Shown here piece by piece: positions 17,591-27,062 of a stretch of DNA of 64,000 nucleotides. This DNA comes from Candidatus Obscuribacteraceae bacterium (GTDB lineage: Bacteria > Cyanobacteriota > Vampirovibrionia > Obscuribacterales > Obscuribacteraceae): contig JBGAHS010000010.1 of the NCBI GenBank assembly GCA_044226015.1, positions 256,001 to 320,000 on the forward strand. Direction: 5' to 3'. The notes under the pieces were generated by a model that did not search any database, was not told the origin of the DNA, and saw nothing but the letters and a program-made list of their open reading frames with translations. Every line of letters starts with the position of its first letter. The stretch's first letter is position 1. Position numbers and translations under genes: made by a program.

Positions 17591-18664
17591 GTGAGGGTAT
17601 TTCTTTCAGTGAACAACTCTATTAACTCACCGCTGGAAATGGCTATGGATGCGCCTGTCCTGCATACATTTATTTCTTATCTGGCTGAAAAGAAAAAAGA
17701 ACTTGAGGACAATCCGAACGGGCACATCAAAATTCAACTAAATCGTGACTTTATCTGGCGCGTTAGAGAGTCGTTCAGGCAGAACATCCTTGATGGCGAG
17801 CGACACATGCATACTCTTGCGCACCTTCTTGCCACTCATTTGCTGGATGGGGAATTTGACCTGCACAGCAACGTAATCGGCATTTTGCCGGAAGGTGATC
17901 GTCCGTTCTTAATCAGGGAGAGAATCACACAGGAAACGTTGCTCTCCGTGCTAGATATTGATCTCGGTAATCACTTGCTAGATAACTTTCGCTATCAAAA
18001 AGACCGTGCTTGGCTGCCACTAAATTTGTCGGCAAACTTTGTCGAGTACATTCCTAAAGCTGAGACGCAGTGGAAAGTTAATCGGCTAACCAGCCGTGTC
18101 AAGGCTGAGGAAGAGCTTTGGAACAAAGTCGCGGATGAGTTGTTTCAGCTTGATAAATTGGTGAGCAAAGACAAGCACTTACGTCAGTACAGCAAATATG
18201 TGAAGGACATTTTTGGAATCAAGATTGTTTGTGAGGACGAACGCACGTGTTGGAAAGTCCATGAGATGCTCAAAGATCTCACAACTACTGTTCCTGTTGA
18301 GCACGCAGCTGAAGGAAACCCTGACTTCGGTGAGAAGTTGCTCCAATTCATAGAGACAAAAGATTATCTCACCTGCAATCCCAATGCCATGAAGAAAACG
18401 GGCTGGAAAGCAATAAAGAGTGTCGTTAAGTGGTGTGATCGCTTGTTCGAATTGCAAGTTCAACCGCTGAGCAATTACTACCTCGAACTCGACCACATGT
18501 CTGGACCTTCCCACAGTTCGTTTAAAAGTTTCCGAGACAAGATGAGAGACGATGTCTCTGAAAGAGTTCCACTCTATGGATTCTATCGCAACTTGCTCAG
18601 GACTCTGTTCATGGGCAGCAATATGTCATTTGAATATGATCAGGCATCTGTCGAGATCAAATAG
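17591..18664 (+). CDS. Divergent RelA/SpoT synthetase-domain (nucleotidyltransferase-fold) protein, stand-alone
   Basis: Ordered motifs RVKAEEELWNK, DIFGIKIVC, KDYL, GWKAIK and FELQVQP. TATAAT at 17561 upstream. Confidence 0.6.
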   Translation: MRVFLSVNNSINSPLEMAMDAPVLHTFISYLAEKKKELEDNPNGHIKIQLNRDFIWRVRESFRQNILDGERHMHTLAHLLATHLLDGEFDLHSNVIGILPEGDRPFLIRERITQETLLSVLDIDLGNHLLDNFRYQKDRAWLPLNLSANFVEYIPKAETQWKVNRLTSRVKAEEELWNKVADELFQLDKLVSKDKHLRQYSKYVKDIFGIKIVCEDERTCWKVHEMLKDLTTTVPVEHAAEGNPDFGEKLLQFIETKDYLTCNPNAMKKTGWKAIKSVVKWCDRLFELQVQPLSNYYLELDHMSGPSHSSFKSFRDKMRDDVSERVPLYGFYRNLLRTLFMGSNMSFEYDQASVEIK

Positions 18665-18747
18665 TCTACAAGCCCAAGGCAAATTTGACTGACTTAACCA
18701 ATTCGCTTGGCTAATCAAATTCGATTGGCGGAGGCTGATTCGAGCTG

Positions 18748-19980
18748 CTAATCTATATATTCGCGAAGTCTTCTGCTGCGGTTTGGATGCCTGAGCTTTC
18801 TCAGCGCTTTTGCTTCGATTTGACGAATTCGCTCACGCGTTACAGCAAATAGTTGTCCAACTTCTTCCAGTGTACGCTGGCGTCCGTCATCGAGACCGAA
18901 TCGCAAGCGCAACACGTCTCTTTCGCGAGCTGATAGTCCCGCCATAACTTCGATGATGTCTTCCCGCAAGAATTCCTTGGTTACTGAGGTCGCCGGTGTT
19001 TCAGCTTGTTCGTCTTCGATAAAGTCGCCCAGCTTACCGTCTTCTTCCTTACCAATAGGAGTTTCCAGTGAAATTGGCTCTTGCGATACCTTTATAAGCT
19101 CACGCAATTTTGTGAGACTCATATCCATCGCTTCAGCAATTTCTTCGTCCGTCGGTTTTCTGCCTTTGGCTTGTTGAAGATTGCGAGTGGTTTTCTTGAG
19201 CTTATTGATTGTATCAATCATATGAACAGGAATACGAATTGTTCTTGCCTGGTCGGCGATCGCTCTGGTGATGGCTTGTCTTATCCACCAGGTTGCATAG
19301 GTGCTGAACTTGTAACCTCTGCTGTGGTCAAACTTTCCGGTTGCTTTAATCAAACCGAGGTTGCCTTCTTGAATCAAATCGAGGAATAGCATGCCGCGAC
19401 CGGTGTATTTCTTGGCGATCGAAACAACGAGTCGAAGATTTGACTGAGCCAGTTTTCTTTTGGCAATCGCCGCTTGCGCTCCGCCTTGTTCGATCAGTCG
19501 TGCAAGCTCGATTTCTTGTTGCGCAGTTAAGAGTGGAATGCGCCCGATTTCTCTCAAGTAAAGTCTGACTGGGTCGTCTGAGGACAAACCTTTGGAAACG
19601 TTCTCAACAAAATGACTTGGGTCGTCTTCCGACTCTTCGTCATCAGTGAAGTAAAACTCGTCTTCAGAAGATTCCTCAAAACTGTTTGTCACAGGTGCCG
19701 GAGCTTCCTGTCCTGGTTCGTAATCGTCCGTTTCGTCGGAATAAGTTGACACTACTGACTCTTTTTTGGCGCCTTTCTTCGACGCCTTATCTGTTCCGGG
19801 TTTTTCTTCTGATGCACTCATAGGATCTCGTTTCGACACACCTTTTGCTTCATCTAACTGTTTAGCTTCTAAATCTTTGTGGCACTTCTCAGAACCAGAT
19901 TTCTGGGGTTCGGCATTCTTTGACCTGGCATCGATCGCTTCACCCTTTGTGCCATCAGGTTTTTCACCATCCAAACTCAT
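18748..19980 (-). CDS. rpoD: RNA polymerase sigma-70 factor, RpoD/SigA type
   Basis: [38 protein letters not shown] and [19 protein letters not shown]. Long acidic N-terminus. Confidence 0.9.
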   Translation of the reverse strand: MSLDGEKPDGTKGEAIDARSKNAEPQKSGSEKCHKDLEAKQLDEAKGVSKRDPMSASEEKPGTDKASKKGAKKESVVSTYSDETDDYEPGQEAPAPVTNSFEESSEDEFYFTDDEESEDDPSHFVENVSKGLSSDDPVRLYLREIGRIPLLTAQQEIELARLIEQGGAQAAIAKRKLAQSNLRLVVSIAKKYTGRGMLFLDLIQEGNLGLIKATGKFDHSRGYKFSTYATWWIRQAITRAIADQARTIRIPVHMIDTINKLKKTTRNLQQAKGRKPTDEEIAEAMDMSLTKLRELIKVSQEPISLETPIGKEEDGKLGDFIEDEQAETPATSVTKEFLREDIIEVMAGLSARERDVLRLRFGLDDGRQRTLEEVGQLFAVTRERIRQIEAKALRKLRHPNRSRRLREYID

Positions 19981-20156
19981 TCTCTCTGAACCTCATCTGG
20001 TCTGCTTTTAGGATTTATTCCCCGAATCTTATTCACTTCAATCAAACTTGGCTTCCTTTCTATCTCTTGGCTTCATTTTCTTCATGATTTTGTATTCCCT
20101 GAGCTATCAAGCCGTTGACTTTGTTCAGTCTAATAATGTGGACAATCCCTCCCAGC

Positions 20157-21677
20157 TTAGACTTTTGATTTTACCTTGAGGCAGCGGTCGGCCGCATATC
20201 TAGCAGAGGCTACAGCCCCTTCAAATGATTGTCCTCGAGAACTGCTGTGTGCAAAGCTCATCCATTCGGGGTCCATGCCTTGAATTTGAGAGCGAATTGA
20301 CCTGGAAGTCGTGCTTGGAACACTGAAAGCATGTCCCCATCGTGTCAAAACGACTTGATCAAGACTTCCCTGAAACCCCTCAATCATTGTGTTTAGCTGT
20401 TGGATTAATGAGTCTGCGAGTTTCTCGCGGTCATCCTCAGCCAATAGCTGAGCTCGTCCCATCGGTCCGTGCTCGTAAGGATGGTAGACAGTAAGGACAG
20501 AGCCCATTTCGGGTTTGTATCTACCCGTCGCCTGGTAAGGTGCCTCTGCCATCACCATCTGTCCATATGGGTACGGCTCATCGGCAAAACTCTGGTAGGG
20601 ATTTTGAAACACTTTCTTCTTCATGCAAAAGTTCGCGACTAAAAAGGCAGCATACTCCTGGCTTTGCAGCTTTTCTCTGTACGCTTGAGAAAGCTTCGGA
20701 GCTATGCGTGCGGTGACAAAGGGCGGTGCAGCTACAACAGCGTGTTTGCAATTGACTCGATGCATTTCGCCATTTTTGTCGCTGAAGACAACTGATGCGC
20801 CTTTCTCTGTTGGTTCGACGAGCCAGACAAAAGCAGAGGTTTGATATCGATCGGGGCTGCTGGCGTCGAGGCTTCGCTTCAAAGCCCGCGCGATGCCTGA
20901 GTTGCCGCCATCACATACGTAGCTGTCCGTAGTGAGTATGCGCATCAACCCGAGTCCAGCCGCTGCTGCAATGTAATCGGGACCGCCACAGTAAAACGAG
21001 CGGCAAATGTTGGATACAAGTTTCACAAAGCCAGCATCGTAACCTTTCAGAAGAGTATCGAAAGTCGAGCTAGCCAATTTTTGAGAGAGAGCGTCACGAT
21101 CTGCGCTGTTGGGGCTCTGTAACTTTTGGGACAAGTCGTTGCTTTCTTTGGCAAAGCGGTTTAATTCCGAATAGAATTTATCGGCACCAGAGTTCCCTTT
21201 CACCCATTTATTGTCATAGTGCCAGGCTATCTGGTCTGGAGGAATGAGGGCAGGTTTGAGTGAGAGTTCTTCAAACAGTTTGCCAATCTCACCGTCATGA
21301 GACCCAGTGCAAACTGCTCCCATCGAATAGTCTATGCCGTTGTAGGATCCACCGCTGGACGTTCCGCCAGTTTGCGCATATTGTTCAAGAAGCAAAAAGT
21401 TTTCGCCTTTGAGAAAGTGAGCAGAACAAAGCCCTGCCATGCCACCACCAACAATCACAAAGTCTACTTTTCGTTCTGCCTTATCTGGAAATTTGGGAGC
21501 TTCACCATCTCTCAGGCGATGGCCAAGAGTAAAGTCGTCGCCAGCCCAGGGTAGCACTTTGTAATTCCGCTCTTCTGAAGCGATGGCATGTTCTGAGTTG
21601 TTGAAAGTTCCCTGAAGTCCAAGGGTCGCTGCTGCTCCCAAAAGTTTGAGAAAATTCCGCCTGGAAGAATCTGGCAT
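20157..21677 (-). CDS. Tat-exported FAD-dependent oxidoreductase (amine oxidase-like)
   Basis: Tat motif SRRNFLK, dinucleotide-binding VIVGGGMAG and C-terminal RWGHA...FEGA. Confidence 0.85.
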   Translation of the reverse strand: MPDSSRRNFLKLLGAAATLGLQGTFNNSEHAIASEERNYKVLPWAGDDFTLGHRLRDGEAPKFPDKAERKVDFVIVGGGMAGLCSAHFLKGENFLLLEQYAQTGGTSSGGSYNGIDYSMGAVCTGSHDGEIGKLFEELSLKPALIPPDQIAWHYDNKWVKGNSGADKFYSELNRFAKESNDLSQKLQSPNSADRDALSQKLASSTFDTLLKGYDAGFVKLVSNICRSFYCGGPDYIAAAAGLGLMRILTTDSYVCDGGNSGIARALKRSLDASSPDRYQTSAFVWLVEPTEKGASVVFSDKNGEMHRVNCKHAVVAAPPFVTARIAPKLSQAYREKLQSQEYAAFLVANFCMKKKVFQNPYQSFADEPYPYGQMVMAEAPYQATGRYKPEMGSVLTVYHPYEHGPMGRAQLLAEDDREKLADSLIQQLNTMIEGFQGSLDQVVLTRWGHAFSVPSTTSRSIRSQIQGMDPEWMSFAHSSSRGQSFEGAVASARYAADRCLKVKSKV

Positions 21678-21737
21678 TTTGTCTCCGATGCTGGATAAAT
21701 ATCAGACAAGTCTGTCTGGCATATTATCCAACATGCG

Positions 21738-23051
21738 TCATTTTAATTCCAATCGTTTTCTCTTTCTTATGAGGGCGGCGGAGGCTTCAACTGCTTTGTC
21801 GTAGTCAACTCCTTCTGGCAGGCTGTCTGCTTTTGCAAGTAAGAAGTTCAACAGCAATGCCTGCTCGTTTTTCATTTTGCTTCTCTCGCTTCGTAGCCCG
21901 GTTTCTGTGCTTGACTCAGCTTCTTTCGAATTTGAGGACTCTGGCTTTAATGTGAGGTGAACGTCAGTGATATAACCGTGGGTGTTGGCGTTGCTGAGGT
22001 AGCCGTCGGTGTTGGCGAGGTAGCCGTGGTTGTTGCTGAGGTGACCGTCGCTGAGTTTTCCGTCAGCAAGCTTGCTGTTTGCAATAATCTGGTCGAGTTC
22101 GTGATTCAACTCAGCTTCGTCTGGAAACTTATCATCGCGTTCAAGCATTACTCTGCGTGCTGGTGTGAGAGTATGGAGAACCTTTAGCAGATTCAAGACT
22201 TCGTCCTGCACCGGATGAGCATGCGTGTCATGGTAGAACTTTCCTTTCATTGTACCGCCGGCTATATGAACGTACGCCAGTCTATCGAGTGGAAGTCGTT
22301 TCAAGTATTCCGCCGGGTCAATTCCATGGTTTATTGAATTAGCCAGAAGATTTGAGACGTCGAGAATCATAAAGCTGTCGGTCTGTTCTAACACTTCAGC
22401 ATAGAAGTCAGCTTCGTTAATCTCGCTATTTTCCCAATCGCAAATTGTCGCTATGTTCTCTAAGGCAAAATTAGTGTCTAGAAACTGCTTGATGTATTTG
22501 ACGTTCTCTATCGTGACCTTGAGCGATTCTCTGCTGCGTTTAACTGGAAGCAAGTGCCCGGAGTACTCGTGGTTAGCGCGAACAAAAGAGATGTGGTCGC
22601 TGACAAATTCTGAGTTTAAGGATTTTGCTAGTTTATTTATTCTCTTTATCTGTTCTTTGTTGGGACGTTCATACCCGCATGGAGCAAGTGAGATGCAGTG
22701 TGTCATCACTGAAACACCTTTCTCTTTCAGCTCGATGAGCGATTCGGGAAGATCTCGCTTTAGATAATTTTCGGCTACTATCTCTACAAAGCTCAGGTCA
22801 CTTCGCCTTGAAATTGCTAGTGCCAAACCGGCTCGCCAGCCGATGCCCAACTCAACTTCAGCCGACTCTGGGTAAGGACTGAAGTTCATTTCGTTCGGCA
22901 CAGACTTTAAAAACTGCTTTTGAATGTGGAGCTTCTCTTCAACTGTGCTGAACCAATTTCGAATCTTAGAAGTCAAAGTTCTGGTGTTCATAATTGTCTC
23001 GTTGGAATCTGCAGTAATTGTCTCGTTGGAATTGGGTGTTTGAATGTCCAT
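21738..23051 (-). CDS. DUF692 / MNIO (multinuclear non-heme iron oxidase) family protein with C-terminal extension
   Basis: GIGWR, VEIVAEN, SDHISF, GHLLP, ALENIA, LDVSN, YVHIAGG, DTHAHPV and LERDD. ATG 23051 lies just downstream of the upstream gene's stop. Confidence 0.92.
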   Translation of the reverse strand: MDIQTPNSNETITADSNETIMNTRTLTSKIRNWFSTVEEKLHIQKQFLKSVPNEMNFSPYPESAEVELGIGWRAGLALAISRRSDLSFVEIVAENYLKRDLPESLIELKEKGVSVMTHCISLAPCGYERPNKEQIKRINKLAKSLNSEFVSDHISFVRANHEYSGHLLPVKRSRESLKVTIENVKYIKQFLDTNFALENIATICDWENSEINEADFYAEVLEQTDSFMILDVSNLLANSINHGIDPAEYLKRLPLDRLAYVHIAGGTMKGKFYHDTHAHPVQDEVLNLLKVLHTLTPARRVMLERDDKFPDEAELNHELDQIIANSKLADGKLSDGHLSNNHGYLANTDGYLSNANTHGYITDVHLTLKPESSNSKEAESSTETGLRSERSKMKNEQALLLNFLLAKADSLPEGVDYDKAVEASAALIRKRKRLELK

Positions 23052-23056
23052 TTCGT

Positions 23057-23941
23057 TTAACCACCGCAGCCACCGCCACAGCCTCCACCACAGCTTCCTC
23101 CACAACTTGCTCCGCCTTCTCCTGCTCCGCAGCCGTAGGCATAGTCGCTAACGTCGTTGTTGAATGCATTGCTGAATACTGGTTGTGGTTTCAGTAGCTC
23201 AATTGAAACTGGGGCAAAAAGCGCAAGTGCAAGTTCCACGTCTTTCAGGCGTAGGCTTGAGCCAAAGGATTTGAAATTATCTTTGAGAGACTTATTCTGC
23301 GCTCGCCATGTTTTCAATACAGTGTCACCATATCTGGTTCTGGCAAATCGGTCTCTTTTCAGAGAGTAGAGCCCGATGAATGCAGTTATGATTAAAAAGA
23401 GCAAAAACAGTATTGGTTTGTGATTGGCTATGCCTGAAAACAGTCGAGGTAGCTCAAGGGTGAAGATTGGCGCACAGTACACGAAAATAGCTAGAATTTG
23501 TGCGACATCTTTTTGGAAATCACTGGGGACCAGACCTGCTTTTACCAGGAATGATTGTGATTTTTCTAACTCGAATTTCAGCAGTTGGAACACTGTTTGG
23601 ATTTGTTTTGTTTCTGGACCAATGGCGTAGAATATTCTGCTTTCATAATCGTTTTGGGGTGGGTTGGCTGAAGTGGCTAATTTCACAGTCTTGTCGTAGC
23701 TGTTTATTTCTACAATTTGTTTCTTCTCCATCACCTTGAGCATCGTGATGAATAGATGCTCTACGCCACCGTTAAGGTAAGCCGCAGTGTGAGAATCTGC
23801 CACGATGTCATCGCCAATTCGCGCTTTCTGGTTCTGCGACTCAATGAGATTTCGCACAAGCAGAGCTGCAGGGTATGCTGCGATTTGCAGCAAAATTGCC
23901 ACTTTCAAAAACTCAGGACCTGTCAACATAAATATATTCAT
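23057..23941 (-). CDS. TIGR04222-like membrane protein with C-terminal Cys/Gly-rich tail
   Basis: N-terminal GPEFL, AYLNGG, RTRYG and three TM segments. Tail GCGAGEGGASCGGSCGGGCGGGCGG. GGAGG precedes ATG 23941. Confidence 0.85.
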   Translation of the reverse strand: MNIFMLTGPEFLKVAILLQIAAYPAALLVRNLIESQNQKARIGDDIVADSHTAAYLNGGVEHLFITMLKVMEKKQIVEINSYDKTVKLATSANPPQNDYESRIFYAIGPETKQIQTVFQLLKFELEKSQSFLVKAGLVPSDFQKDVAQILAIFVYCAPIFTLELPRLFSGIANHKPILFLLFLIITAFIGLYSLKRDRFARTRYGDTVLKTWRAQNKSLKDNFKSFGSSLRLKDVELALALFAPVSIELLKPQPVFSNAFNNDVSDYAYGCGAGEGGASCGGSCGGGCGGGCGG

Positions 23942-23985
23942 GCGTGAGCGCCTCCAAGCACTCTTGTTTTGCAAACAGATGCGAT

Positions 23986-24078
23986 ACGTGCAGTCAGCGA
24001 GCAGTAACGTGCAGTCAGCGAGCAGTAACGTGCAGTTAGCGAACTGTAACGTGCAGTTAGCGAACAGTAACTTGCAGC
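23986..24078. repeat. 21-bp tandem repeat, about 4.4 copies
   Basis: ACGTGCAGTCAGCGAGCAGTA twice, then ACGTGCAGTTAGCGAAC(T/A)GTA twice, then a partial copy. Confidence 0.9.
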
Positions 24079-24601
24079 TTTTGTATGTGGTTTTGAAACT
24101 TTGTCTGTTCTAAGCGCGAATTTAGCGCTATCTACTTTGAACTTTTCTTCTGCTACTCGAGATGCTTTGTGCGTGTATTTGCTTATTGCATCTTGGGCTT
24201 TGTGTGCTTTTAGCGCGATATCAGTACTGTCTGTTTTTGCGCTTTGTGTTGTACGTCTTTCTTTTTCTAATTCTTCAAATAACGATTTTGCTTTTCTGTA
24301 CCTTTTTTCTTCTTTTTCTTTCTTCTTATTCTTCTTTTCCTACTTCCATCATAGGATTGGTCGTTTAAGGAGTTGTTAAATGAGACTCATGTTTAATAAA
24401 CAAGCAAGACCGCGCGGTTTCTCTTTCTGCAGCTACGTTTCCAGCGATTCAGGGCACTTTGGGAAAAACACTAATTAGTGCCTAGTCATCGTCCAAATTG
24501 CTGCTTAATATGAAGTCACCTGGCTCAGGGCGTCACAGCCTGGCGTTAGCGCGCTTATCCAAGTTGAGATATTGAAGCGCCGCCCCTGGGGAGGAATAAC
24601 T

Positions 24602-26362
24602 TTGGACAATCTGTTGGCGTGTTGCGATGTAAAAGTCGGAAAAGAAAACACCGATTCTGAAAAGAAGAATCAAAATTCAGAGCAGCTTTCGTCAGACATC
24701 TGGTCTGACATATTCAAAGCTACAAATGACGTAAACCAGCGTTTGAAAAACAACGAAACCGTTAAGCGGGCGCTTGACGCTCTGGATAAACTTGCTCCAC
24801 CTCCTAAAGAGAAGCAAGCCGACTGGACTTTTGCCATAAATTTCACCACCGATTTTGGTGACAATCAGGGTGTTATGTCAGGAATGGAAAGGCTGGAGGA
24901 GTTTGCAGCAAAGACAAAAGGAAGCAATGTGAAAATTGTGGCTCAGGCTGCTTTCCCGCGCGATGCTGAGATTTGTGGTGAGGACATTCAGTGCTTTGCT
25001 CCAGGTTCCAGCAAATACAGGTTAGACCGATATTTGCTTGCCGACGGGAAGCTGAAATTTATCGACTCTGTTGATTCGAATGGATATGCTGCTGATGTGG
25101 AGTCGCTCGTCAAACTCACTTCCAAGAACTATCCTGGAAAGCGAATGGGCTTAATTATTGATTCTCATGGCAGTGGAAATGAAGGTCTTCTCGGAGACAC
25201 TGGCACAGCTGGGGTGGATGAGTTTGTTCAAGCTGTGCAGAATGGACTCAAAGATAGCGGACACGCAAAGTTCGACATTCTGGACTTTGATACTTGTTTG
25301 ATGGCCCAAGATGGTGCGCTCGGAAAAATTTCCAAAGTTGCAGATCAGGTAGTAGCTTCTGCAGAAACTGAGAGTATTTATAACGCACAAAATTACCTGG
25401 ACCCGATTGCTGGGTTAATAAAAAAGCCAGAGACAGATGGTTTTACTTTAGCTCGCCAGATTGTGTCGGAAACACATAAAGATATGGAATTTTGGAAGTT
25501 TGAAGGCTGGATGCCTGCCGTGCAAACTCTCGGTCATTTCAATATGCGTCAGTATGAGCAGTTCAAAAAGAATCTTGATCAATTCGGCGAGGAACTAGTT
25601 AAGTCGCTAAATAATCCAGCAAACCGCCCCGTAATCGAAGCGGCAATTGATAATTCCCGGAAATATGGCAGTAGCGGACATCTTATGGCACTCATGTTCG
25701 GCACAAGCATTAATCAAAAGAACAGAACTGATTTGAAAGACTTTACTGAAAGGGTTCTTTCTGCCATTGATTCTGGTGAAATCTCGGACCCTGATCGAAC
25801 GCTTAAAAAGGCTGCGTACGATGTAATGTCGGCGCGCGGAATGTTTGTTGATTCCTACCATGGTGATGGTGACTACAAAGCTGCCGGTGGAATTTCAACT
25901 TTTCTGCCATCCAGATCTCTCCGTAATGTAGAGCGTGAAGTTCAAATGAGTTGTACTGCTGGGCGCTTGAAAGACCTTACTGATCCTGCCAAGTTTAATG
26001 CCGTCAATAGAACAGAGAAGACCCGAAGCGAATTTTTGGAAAAGGTTGTCGCTGAGTCATTTATGACAAATCATGGATTCTTCTTTTTCGGAGGAGTAAA
26101 GGGTGTAGAAAAAGAACTTAAGGCAGTCGACGATGCTGCTCTGAAATTCAAGAGCGCTGCCAACGACAACGCGCGCAAGACCGCCTTTGAGGAATTGCAT
26201 AACGCTTGTGTGACTCTGGCTAAATCAGCTCCTTTCACTGCTATACAAGATAGACACAAGAATGATCTTGAAGGAAAAGTTTCGAAGGTTTACAAAGCGA
26301 ACTTTATCGAGGAAACGAAAGACACAGGTTGGTCAAAATTCCGCCTTAAGCTAAAACAGTGA
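24602..26362 (+). CDS. Clostripain-family (peptidase C11) cysteine protease
   Basis: LIIDSHGSG (catalytic His), LDFDTCLM (catalytic Cys) and VASAETE. TTG 24602 follows GGAGG. Confidence 0.85.
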   Translation: MDNLLACCDVKVGKENTDSEKKNQNSEQLSSDIWSDIFKATNDVNQRLKNNETVKRALDALDKLAPPPKEKQADWTFAINFTTDFGDNQGVMSGMERLEEFAAKTKGSNVKIVAQAAFPRDAEICGEDIQCFAPGSSKYRLDRYLLADGKLKFIDSVDSNGYAADVESLVKLTSKNYPGKRMGLIIDSHGSGNEGLLGDTGTAGVDEFVQAVQNGLKDSGHAKFDILDFDTCLMAQDGALGKISKVADQVVASAETESIYNAQNYLDPIAGLIKKPETDGFTLARQIVSETHKDMEFWKFEGWMPAVQTLGHFNMRQYEQFKKNLDQFGEELVKSLNNPANRPVIEAAIDNSRKYGSSGHLMALMFGTSINQKNRTDLKDFTERVLSAIDSGEISDPDRTLKKAAYDVMSARGMFVDSYHGDGDYKAAGGISTFLPSRSLRNVEREVQMSCTAGRLKDLTDPAKFNAVNRTEKTRSEFLEKVVAESFMTNHGFFFFGGVKGVEKELKAVDDAALKFKSAANDNARKTAFEELHNACVTLAKSAPFTAIQDRHKNDLEGKVSKVYKANFIEETKDTGWSKFRLKLKQ

Positions 26363-26369
26363 TAAATGC

Positions 26370-26399
26370 AAGAGGGAAGCAGCAAACTGCTTCCCTCTT
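26370..26399. terminator. Hairpin terminator between convergent genes
   Basis: AAGAGGGAAGCAG-CAAA-CTGCTTCCCTCTT. Confidence 0.8.
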
Positions 26400-26418
26400 T
26401 GGGGGATTGGATAAAGAT

Positions 26419-26937
26419 TTAGCGGGCTGGACTGAGTCCACTTTGCTCGAATTCTCTCTGTATTTTGTGCAGCTTCATTTGAGTTTCCATCTGCTGGTAT
26501 TTTGTTACAGCAAGCTTGTTTTCACATTCGATAGGAGCTGTCGCTTCAAGAGTCTTAAGGTCCATTTTTGCTCTCATCTCGCGTAGCTGAGCCTCAGAGC
26601 GTTCTGCATTAGCATTCGCCAATTCTGCTTCTGCGCGAGCCTTCTTTGCTGCTTCTTTCACGATGCCGGCTTCCATTTCTGCTTTGAACATTGATTCAAT
26701 CAACTTCTGCTTCATCAGTGCTTCTTTCAGATGGGTTTCTTCACGAGCCTTTTCTGCAAGTGCTTTAGCTTCTTCGGCGTCTGCCTCGGCTTGCCTGGCT
26801 TTCTCTGACCTTCCGCCATTGTTCATACTAGAGTCAGGTTTGCTCTGCTTGTCTGGCAGGTCATTTGCATACGTAATACTTGAAAGGCTGAACATAAGAC
26901 TGAGGGCAAACAGGACTGGACGGCTGTGATTTTTCAT
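26419..26937 (-). CDS. Secreted coiled-coil hypothetical protein
   Basis: Signal-like N-terminus ending TYA, A/E/K-rich helical body, AGGAG upstream. Confidence 0.75.
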   Translation of the reverse strand: MKNHSRPVLFALSLMFSLSSITYANDLPDKQSKPDSSMNNGGRSEKARQAEADAEEAKALAEKAREETHLKEALMKQKLIESMFKAEMEAGIVKEAAKKARAEAELANANAERSEAQLREMRAKMDLKTLEATAPIECENKLAVTKYQQMETQMKLHKIQREFEQSGLSPAR

Positions 26938-27062
26938 AGCTTTCTCCTGAAACTTATTTTGTCGGTCGCCATGCTCGATATAACCACTCTTTCACAAAGT
27001 GTCTATTTTGAGGCTGACAACCATTGACATGTTTCGAAAATGTCACAAGTGTGATGTTTCGT

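Noticed and set aside
23052..23105. Trp/Arg-rich N-terminus MWRKLWWRLWRWLRW on the DUF692 ORF
   Set aside because: It is the alternative-frame reading of the upstream Gly/Cys tail; ATG 23051 is the more plausible start.
24101..24379. Plus-strand hydrophobic ORFs (92 and 68 aa)
   Set aside because: Their Phe/Leu/Ser richness simply reflects a T-rich tract, and there is no RBS. The opposite-strand frame looks more protein-like.
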